Made by a program: the position numbers and the translations under genes
Notes under the pieces: generated by a model
The model's input: the letters and a program-made list of their open reading frames with translations, nothing else
The model's database searches: none
Told to the model about the DNA's origin: nothing
Assembly (NCBI GenBank): GCA_041592455.1
Contig: JBFHQA010000001.1
Span: 1-43,409, forward strand
Reading direction: 5' to 3'
Origin: Thiobacillus sp.
GTDB taxonomy: Bacteria; Pseudomonadota; Gammaproteobacteria; Burkholderiales; Thiobacillaceae
Length of the DNA: 43,409 nt
In this document: positions 37,157 through 43,409 of the stretch, one piece after another
Layout: every line of letters starts with the position of its first letter
Numbering within the stretch: position 1 is the first letter of the stretch

Positions 37157-40100
37157 TGTCGGTCCACAGCGGACAGGCAGCCGTCCCGCAACCACTATTA
37201 ACCCGTGAGATGCTGATCACCGGCGGAGTGGTCGGGTTTTCGGCCATCCTGTTTTGCCTTCTCGTCATCATGATGAAAGCAGGCACGGTCGCGCCCATGG
37301 AAAACTACCTGTCCTTCCACACGGTCGTTGAAATACTGGCCGTGGTGGTGGCGGGCATGATCTTCGGCGTCGGCTGGCATGCATCGGACAGGCAACGGTC
37401 TGTTTCCCTGATTCTGCTGTCTGCCTCGTTCATGGCCGTGGGCTTGCTGGATGTGGCGCATCTGCTGTCGTTTGCGGGCATGCCTGATTTCGTGACGCCA
37501 TCCGGGCCGGAAAAGGCCATCAACTTCTGGCTGGCCGCCCGGATCACGGCAGCAGTCGCGCTGCTCCTGGCCGTATCCCTGCCGCGTCTGGCTGTCTTTC
37601 GGGGGGGGCGTTACCTTGCGCTGGCTGCGGCGCTGGCGTGGACAGGCATGGTGTACTGGACCGTTCTGTACCGTCCGGAATCGATTCCTGCGACGTTCGT
37701 CGAGGGTCGGGGGCTGACGCAGTTCAAGATTGCAGCGGAGTACCTCGTTATTGCGCTGCTGGCATTGACCGCGGCCGTCCTCCTTACCCGCAGCAGCAAG
37801 GGGCTTCCCTATGCGGCGCCGTCCATTTTTGCCGCTGTATGCTTCATGATCCTGAGCGAGCTGGCTTTTACGCTCTACTTCCAGGTAAGCGACTGGTTCA
37901 ATCTGGTAGGGCATCTCTTCAAGCTTGCGGCGTATGCATATCTGTATCACGGTGTGGTCGTGGTGGCAGTGCGACAGCCTTATCAAGCCATGATGGAGGC
38001 CGAACGGACCGCGAAAGAAAGCGAGACACGCTTCCGCCTCATGTTCGATGCGACGCCTGACGCCGTATTTCTGATCGATGCCGATGGCCGCATCGTTCTG
38101 TCAAACGTCACGGCCGAAACGATGCTGGGTTATGACCCACTCGAGTTGGTCGGCCAGCAGGTGGAAGTCTTGCTGCCGGAATCCATGCGGGCGGCTCATG
38201 CGATGTATCGGGAGCGCTATCGGTCGAACCCCGAGTCCCGCCCGATGGGCGCGCTCATGAACCTTGTGGCTCGCCACAAGAATGGCAGGATTCTCCAGGT
38301 TGCTGTCAGCCTGTCACCGATCAAGCACGGCATGGATATCCACCACAACATTGTGGTGGTGCGCGATATCAGTGCGGCCCGGGAAATGGAAAGCATGGTG
38401 CATCGCCACTCCCAGGAATTCAAGGCTCTGGTCGAAAACGCCCCGGACGTGATCGCCCGTTTCGATGCGGGCATGCATTTTACCTACGCAAACCCGGCGA
38501 TCCAGGTTGTTGTCGGCCGCTGCAACACAGAATGTCTGGGAAAGACCTGGAGCGAACTGGGGCTTCCCCAGGAGGAAGCCGAAGCCTGGCAGTCCGGTGC
38601 GCGAACGGTATTCGAAAGCGGAAAGTCGAAAATACTTGAGTGCCGAATCAATGTTCCCCGGTCGGGGGAGCGCTACTTTCATGTGCGCATGAGCCCGGAA
38701 AAAGACGAGAATGGCAGGGTCGTTTCCGTGCTGGTGATCGCACGGGACATGTCTGAACGCAAGCAATACGAGGAACAATTGCGCTATCAGGCCACCCACG
38801 ACGCGCTGACCGCTCTGCCCAACCGGGCATTGGTCCTGGACCGCCTGCAGCAGGCCATACCCCGGGCGCATAGAGCAGGGCGATTGCTCGCGGTAGCGTA
38901 TCTCGACATCGATCATTTCAAGCGTGTCAACGACACCCTCGGTCACGCCATCGGAGACGAACTGCTGAAACAGGTGGCCAATCGGATAAACGGTGTGCTG
39001 CGTTCAGGAGACACCATAGGCCGGCAGAGCGGCGACGAGTTCATCCTGTTGCTGACGGACATCGCCCAGGTACCCGATGTGGTGATCGTCGCCGAGAAGG
39101 TGATGGGTGTGTTTACACGACCCTTTACCATAAATGGGCGGGAGATCCATATCAGCGCGAGCATCGGACTATCGGTGTATCCGCAGGACAGCGAGGATGC
39201 TGAATCGCTATTGCGCAATGCCGATGTTGCGATGTATCGCGCCAAGGAAGATGGTCGCAATGGATTTCGCTTCTATATCGCCGAGATGGATGCGCGCCTG
39301 CGCGCCAGGGTGGATACCGAGCAAGACCTGAGACTGGCCATCGCTAACAAAGAACTGGTGCTGCACTACCAGCCACGTGTGAGTCTGAAAACTGGCCAGG
39401 TTCTCGGATTCGAGGCCCTGGTAAGATGGAATCACCCGCGCGAAGGGCTCGTGGGGCCCGACCGTTTCATCTGCGTGGCAGAAGACACCGGATTGATCGT
39501 GGCGCTAGGCGATTGGGTGCTGAAAGAGGCCTGTAGTCGTGCCCGGGCATGGCAGGACGCAGGGCTGCCTGAACTGAAAATGGCCGTCAACCTCTCGGCA
39601 AGGCAGTTTCGGGACCCCCGGCTGATCGAAAGCGTGAAACACGCGCTTTCTGAAACGCGACTTCCCGCGCACTGCCTGGAACTGGAAATTACCGAGAGCA
39701 CGGTCATGCACGACACGCAAAAGGCCATCTCGACCCTCCACACGCTGAAGAAGCTGGGCATCACCCTGTCTGTGGACGATTTTGGCACGGGATATTCTTC
39801 GCTGTCCTACCTCAAGCTGTTCCCCATCGACGTTCTGAAGGTAGACCGCTCGTTCGTCAACGACATCACGACAGATGCTGACGATGCGGCTATCGTTCGG
39901 GCGACGGTCAACCTGGCGCATAGCCTGGAACTGGAAGTCGTGGCTGAGGGCGTAGAGGATCTGGCGCAACTCGCCTTTCTGAAATATATCGGCTGCGACG
40001 AGCTTCAGGGCTACTACTTCAGCCGGCCCTTGCCGCAAGAAGAGGCCGAAATGCTCCTTCGCAGTGGCCGCAGGCTGGAGTTCGGAAAGCTGGCTCGTGA

Positions 40101-40563
40101 CCAGGTCGGGCAAACGCTATTGATTGTCGATTGTGATCCAACGGTGCGGAACGCGCTTGCGCGCTCGCTTCAGAAAAAGGGTCGACGCATCATGTGTGCA
40201 GCAAGCACGGGCGAGGCATTGACCATGCTGGGAACTCAGGGGGCGCAGGTTGTCTTGTGCGAGCAGGAGATGATTGAAACCAAGGGCAGCGAATTCTTTG
40301 CCCGCATCAAGCATGTTTTTCCCGATACGATACGCATTCTTTATTCCAAGCGTTTCAGTGAAATGTCGATAGACCAGCTTGGAAAAGAGGGAGTCGCACA
40401 TGAAATCCTTAAATCACCATGGGACGAAAGTCTGCAGGGAATCGTTCGCGATGCGTTTGATTCCTATGCTTCAGGCGCAGTAATCCGGGAAGGCAGCGGA
40501 CGTGTCAATTCCCATAGGCCTATAACCTGTAAAGATCTGGCGTGTGAGATGCGCTTGAACTGA
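37153..40563 (+). CDS. MASE3-PAS-PAS-GGDEF-EAL-REC c-di-GMP enzyme
   Basis: MASE3 motifs (FHTVVE, LDVAH.LS..GMP, FWLAAR, SELAFTLY, GHLFK), two PAS domains, SGDEF, EALVRW, DDFGTGYSS and a degenerate C-terminal receiver. Confidence 0.92.
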   Translation: MMSVHSGQAAVPQPLLTREMLITGGVVGFSAILFCLLVIMMKAGTVAPMENYLSFHTVVEILAVVVAGMIFGVGWHASDRQRSVSLILLSASFMAVGLLDVAHLLSFAGMPDFVTPSGPEKAINFWLAARITAAVALLLAVSLPRLAVFRGGRYLALAAALAWTGMVYWTVLYRPESIPATFVEGRGLTQFKIAAEYLVIALLALTAAVLLTRSSKGLPYAAPSIFAAVCFMILSELAFTLYFQVSDWFNLVGHLFKLAAYAYLYHGVVVVAVRQPYQAMMEAERTAKESETRFRLMFDATPDAVFLIDADGRIVLSNVTAETMLGYDPLELVGQQVEVLLPESMRAAHAMYRERYRSNPESRPMGALMNLVARHKNGRILQVAVSLSPIKHGMDIHHNIVVVRDISAAREMESMVHRHSQEFKALVENAPDVIARFDAGMHFTYANPAIQVVVGRCNTECLGKTWSELGLPQEEAEAWQSGARTVFESGKSKILECRINVPRSGERYFHVRMSPEKDENGRVVSVLVIARDMSERKQYEEQLRYQATHDALTALPNRALVLDRLQQAIPRAHRAGRLLAVAYLDIDHFKRVNDTLGHAIGDELLKQVANRINGVLRSGDTIGRQSGDEFILLLTDIAQVPDVVIVAEKVMGVFTRPFTINGREIHISASIGLSVYPQDSEDAESLLRNADVAMYRAKEDGRNGFRFYIAEMDARLRARVDTEQDLRLAIANKELVLHYQPRVSLKTGQVLGFEALVRWNHPREGLVGPDRFICVAEDTGLIVALGDWVLKEACSRARAWQDAGLPELKMAVNLSARQFRDPRLIESVKHALSETRLPAHCLELEITESTVMHDTQKAISTLHTLKKLGITLSVDDFGTGYSSLSYLKLFPIDVLKVDRSFVNDITTDADDAAIVRATVNLAHSLELEVVAEGVEDLAQLAFLKYIGCDELQGYYFSRPLPQEEAEMLLRSGRRLEFGKLARDQVGQTLLIVDCDPTVRNALARSLQKKGRRIMCAASTGEALTMLGTQGAQVVLCEQEMIETKGSEFFARIKHVFPDTIRILYSKRFSEMSIDQLGKEGVAHEILKSPWDESLQGIVRDAFDSYASGAVIREGSGRVNSHRPITCKDLACEMRLN

Positions 40564-40691
40564 AATGAGGCAATCTGCCCAGGTGTTTATGATCACAGCG
40601 CCGTCCTGTGGCCGGCTTGCAGGAAACACGGTGTAACCGCGCTTGGCGCTGAACAAGGGTGGCAACAAGCAGCCCGGAGAATCGATCAGGT

Positions 40692-41027
40692 CTACAGTGA
40701 ATTGCCCAGCGTGTTCATGAACGCGGTATGCTGGGCTTCGGCCCGCTGAAATGCCGTGATCAGCCATTCGGCGTCCTCGGTCAGCCGGCTGCCCGAGGGA
40801 TCGCTCTCGACAAGCGGCGACTGCCAGGCGAGATTCATCGAATCGACCGCGTCCCACGCCGCCTTGTAGCTCATCTTCATGGCCTTGGCTGCTTTCGAGA
40901 TCGAGCCGGTTTCGCGGATGCGCTGCAGCAGCTCGATGCGGCCGCGACCCAGGAAGTTCTTGCCGTCCAGGGTCAGCCAGAACCGGCCGTCTGCCTTGAG
41001 TTGCACCGCTTGTCGTTGATCTACCAT
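40692..41027 (-). CDS. modE: ModE-family regulator, N-terminal wHTH only (no TOBE/Mop domains)
   Basis: LGRGRIELL..I.ETGSISKAAK.M.MSYKAAWDAVDSMN and GSRLT; ends after 111 aa. Confidence 0.85.
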   Translation of the reverse strand: MVDQRQAVQLKADGRFWLTLDGKNFLGRGRIELLQRIRETGSISKAAKAMKMSYKAAWDAVDSMNLAWQSPLVESDPSGSRLTEDAEWLITAFQRAEAQHTAFMNTLGNSL

Positions 41028-41107
41028 GCGGCGAGTGTAACAAACGACCATTGCCCATCACATCAAAGCATTGGAAAATCAAGCAAATAAGTTATCAGGA
41101 GGCTGTC

Positions 41108-41566
41108 ATGAAAAAATTCATCGTACTGTGCGCCATGCTGTTCCTGCCGATGGTCGCAGCGGCAGGCGAGCATTTCGCCGTTGTGTACAAGAGCCAGAGC
41201 GATTTCGCGTTCGTGAACGACCTGGTCAAGGCCGGGATCGAGGGCAAGGGGCTCAAGATCAACCACAAGAATTTCATTGCCGACATGCTCGACCGCACCG
41301 GCAAGGATCTGGGTTTCACCAAACAGGTCTACGTGAACGGCGAACAATACGAGTTCTGCAGCGCCACCCTGTCTCGCCAGATGATGGAGGCAGACCCGCA
41401 TGCGATCAGCCTGTGTCCCTTCATCATCAACGTGTACACGCTGCCCAACGACAGCAATGTGTACGTCAGCTACCGCAAGCCGCCGGCCACCAAGAATCAG
41501 GCCCTGAAGAAAACGCTGGCTGAAATCGAAAAACTGATGGTATCGATCATCAAGGAAGCCTTGTAA
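41108..41566 (+). CDS. DUF302 family exported protein
   Basis: Signal peptide, I..ML.RTG.DLG, EFCSA and LCPF.I.VY; CAGGAGG upstream. Confidence 0.8.
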   Translation: MKKFIVLCAMLFLPMVAAAGEHFAVVYKSQSDFAFVNDLVKAGIEGKGLKINHKNFIADMLDRTGKDLGFTKQVYVNGEQYEFCSATLSRQMMEADPHAISLCPFIINVYTLPNDSNVYVSYRKPPATKNQALKKTLAEIEKLMVSIIKEAL

Positions 41567-41627
41567 GCCCGGTCTGCCCGACGGTCGGCTAGAATGCCGG
41601 CATGAAACCATCGTTCAACTGTCGGGC

Positions 41628-42002
41628 ATGACGGCCTTTCTGGCCATCGGCGTGGGCGCCGCCATCGGCGCCTGGCTGCGTTGGGGCCTGGGGCTCTGGC
41701 TCAACCCCGTTTTTCCATCCGTGCCGCTCGGCACGCTGGCCGCCAACCTGGTCGGCGGATACTCGATTGGCCTTGCCATCGCCTGGTTCTCCGAGCATCC
41801 GGGCATGCCGCCCGAGGCGCGCCTGTTCCTGATCACCGGCCTGCTGGGCGGACTCACCACCTTTTCCACGTTCTCCGCCGAGGTCGTCACATCGCTGATG
41901 CGCGGCCTGTGGCTGACTGGAGGATTGATTGCGCTTGCCCACATGGCCGGTTCCTTCCTGGCGACCGGGCTGGGCTTCTATTCGATGAGGTTGCTGAAAT
42001 GA
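41628..42002 (+). CDS. crcB: Fluoride channel Fluc/CrcB
   Basis: GAWLRW, GTLAANL.G and [14 protein letters not shown]. Confidence 0.95.
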   Translation: MTAFLAIGVGAAIGAWLRWGLGLWLNPVFPSVPLGTLAANLVGGYSIGLAIAWFSEHPGMPPEARLFLITGLLGGLTTFSTFSAEVVTSLMRGLWLTGGLIALAHMAGSFLATGLGFYSMRLLK

Positions 42003-42307
42003 ACGGAGTTTGCCTGCAGGTGTTCATGTCCGAAACCAGCCACCATCACAACCGGCCCGCCTACGAATGGCTGCTCGATGCCGCGCAGGCCATGGGGGTC
42101 GGCGGCGGTTCCGCGTTTCGCGCGATTGCCGGGTTCGGACGCCATGGACGCCACGATGCGGGATTCTTCGAACTGGCAGGTGAACTGCCCGTCGTGGTGG
42201 AATTCTTCGTCGAGGCAGCCGAGGCCGATCAAATCCTGCAAGCCATTTCGGAAGCGGGACTGAAGCTCGTCTATGTCCGGTTTCCTGCCGAGCTCGGCTT
42301 GACCTGA
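41999..42307 (+). CDS. DUF190 (PII-like) protein
   Basis: [12 protein letters not shown] and LPVVVEF; ATG 41999 overlaps the crcB stop; DUF190 commonly follows crcB. Confidence 0.88.
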   Translation: MNGVCLQVFMSETSHHHNRPAYEWLLDAAQAMGVGGGSAFRAIAGFGRHGRHDAGFFELAGELPVVVEFFVEAAEADQILQAISEAGLKLVYVRFPAELGLT

Positions 42308-42316
42308 CAGGCCGGC

Positions 42317-43072
42317 GTGCTCGATCAACTGATCCTGTTTGTCGCCTCGCTCGCGGCCAATTTCTTTTCGGCGCTGTCGGGAGGCGGAGCCGGGCTGATC
42401 CAGTTTCCCATGCTGATTTTCCTGGGCCTGCCTTTCGGCATTGCGCTGGCCACGCACAAGGTCGCCAGCGTGGCCCTTGGGCTGGGCGCCACGCTGCGGC
42501 ACATCAGGGAGTCGCATCTCGAACGGCGCTTTTCGCTGATCATCCTGGGCGCAGGCCTGCCCGGCGTGGTGCTGGGGGCGGTCACGATCCTGCAGGTTCC
42601 CGAGCGCGCCGCGACGCTGGCGCTGGGCGTGCTCACTCTTGGACTGGGACTGTACTCGGTGTTCAAGCCCAGGCTTGGAATCGAGCATGCACCCAGGAAC
42701 CAGCAGGGTTGGCCCCTGCTCGGCGGCATGGCCGGACTGTTTGCCGTGGGGTTTCTCAATGGCTCGATCACCAGCGGCACGGGGCTGTTCCTGACCATCT
42801 GGCTGATCCGCTATTTCGGGCTCGATTACACGCGCGCGGTTGCCTACACGCTGATCCTGTGCGGCCTGGTCTGGAACGGAACCGGCGCACTGGTGCTCGG
42901 CGTCATCGGCACCGTGGCATGGCACTGGATGCCCGCGCTGCTGGCCGGCGCCATCATCGGCGGGTATCTGGGAAGCCACCTGGCGATCAAAAAGGGCAAT
43001 CTCTGGATCAAGCGTTCGTTCGAGGTCGTCACGATCCTGATCGGCCTGAAGCTGATCGTGGGACAGCTCTAG
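42317..43072 (+). CDS. TauE/SafE (TSUP) family transporter, putative sulfite/organosulfur exporter
   Basis: SGGGAGLI.FP.L, ALAT and GFLNG..SGTG; about 8 TM helices with internal repeat. Confidence 0.85.
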   Translation: MLDQLILFVASLAANFFSALSGGGAGLIQFPMLIFLGLPFGIALATHKVASVALGLGATLRHIRESHLERRFSLIILGAGLPGVVLGAVTILQVPERAATLALGVLTLGLGLYSVFKPRLGIEHAPRNQQGWPLLGGMAGLFAVGFLNGSITSGTGLFLTIWLIRYFGLDYTRAVAYTLILCGLVWNGTGALVLGVIGTVAWHWMPALLAGAIIGGYLGSHLAIKKGNLWIKRSFEVVTILIGLKLIVGQL

Positions 43073-43079
43073 ACCCGCA

Positions 43080-43409
43080 TCAGTTGTCGCCGGTCTGGAT
43101 GCGGTTCCTGCCGTTGCGCTTGGCCTGGTAGAGCGCCTCGTCTGCGGCCTTGATGAGGCTGTCGCCCGTCTGGTAGAGCGGATAGGTGGCAACGCCTCCG
43201 CTGATGGTGGAGAGGAAATAGCTGTCGCGATACGGGTGGCGGATCTGCGCGAAGTCCTGGCGGATGCGGTCCAGCAGGGCGAAAGCCTGCTCTGCATCGG
43301 TATGCGGCAGGCCGATCAGGAACTCCTCGCCGCCGTAGCGGCACAGCACATCCTGCTTGCGCAGGCGCTGCTTGAGCAGCCAGGAGAGGCTGCGGATGAC
43401 CTGGTCACC
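43080..43409 (-). CDS. Diguanylate cyclase, C-terminal GGDEF part (5' end outside the window)
   Basis: GDQVIR, RKQD I-site, RYGGEEF, TISGGVA and ADEALYQAKRNGRN. Confidence 0.92.
   Translation of the reverse strand, partial: GDQVIRSLSWLLKQRLRKQDVLCRYGGEEFLIGLPHTDAEQAFALLDRIRQDFAQIRHPYRDSYFLSTISGGVATYPLYQTGDSLIKAADEALYQAKRNGRNRIQTGDN

Noticed and set aside
41567-41627. Fluoride riboswitch upstream of crcB
   Set aside because: The GGCGATGG...GCTGATGAC consensus is absent.
1-43409. CRISPR arrays, IS elements, integrases, prophage or defence genes
   Set aside because: No regularly spaced repeats or transposase, recombinase, phage or nuclease motifs were recognised by eye.

Overview
A GC-rich chromosomal window, most likely betaproteobacterial (gene content resembles Thiobacillus/Rhodocyclales-type organisms; this is an inference). 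It contains no rRNA, tRNA, CRISPR array or recognisable transposase/integrase. In order: a partial lipoprotein and selO (apparently with an internal in-frame deletion); a tandem HD-GYP phosphodiesterase; a LysR-controlled azoR-pirin-nitroreductase detoxification set; a transglutaminase-like gene; corA; an MHYT-PAS-GGDEF-EAL gene; and the Moco genes moaA / mobB-moeA-moaD-moaE with a clear ModE box. An ~11 kb cluster follows (15.7-27.0 kb) with two sigma-54 promoters: GntR regulator, AprA/AsfA-like flavoprotein, AprB-like ferredoxin, HEAT-repeat protein, FdxA-type ferredoxin, an ABC importer whose binding protein has a NosL-like C-terminal domain, and a 1169-aa fused NfnB-NfnA-like (GltD+FNR) oxidoreductase. 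A shared operator upstream of gntR and of the Nfn-like gene links them, and this cluster is the best candidate for an undescribed system. The rest is DUF393, a MarR-cytochrome b561-YceI-YceI operon, rlhA, a lower-GC signalling block (PAS histidine kinase, NarL-type regulator, lone receiver, MASE3-PAS-GGDEF-EAL-REC), a TOBE-less short ModE, DUF302, crcB-DUF190-tauE and a partial diguanylate cyclase. All family calls come from motif recognition by eye, without database searches.
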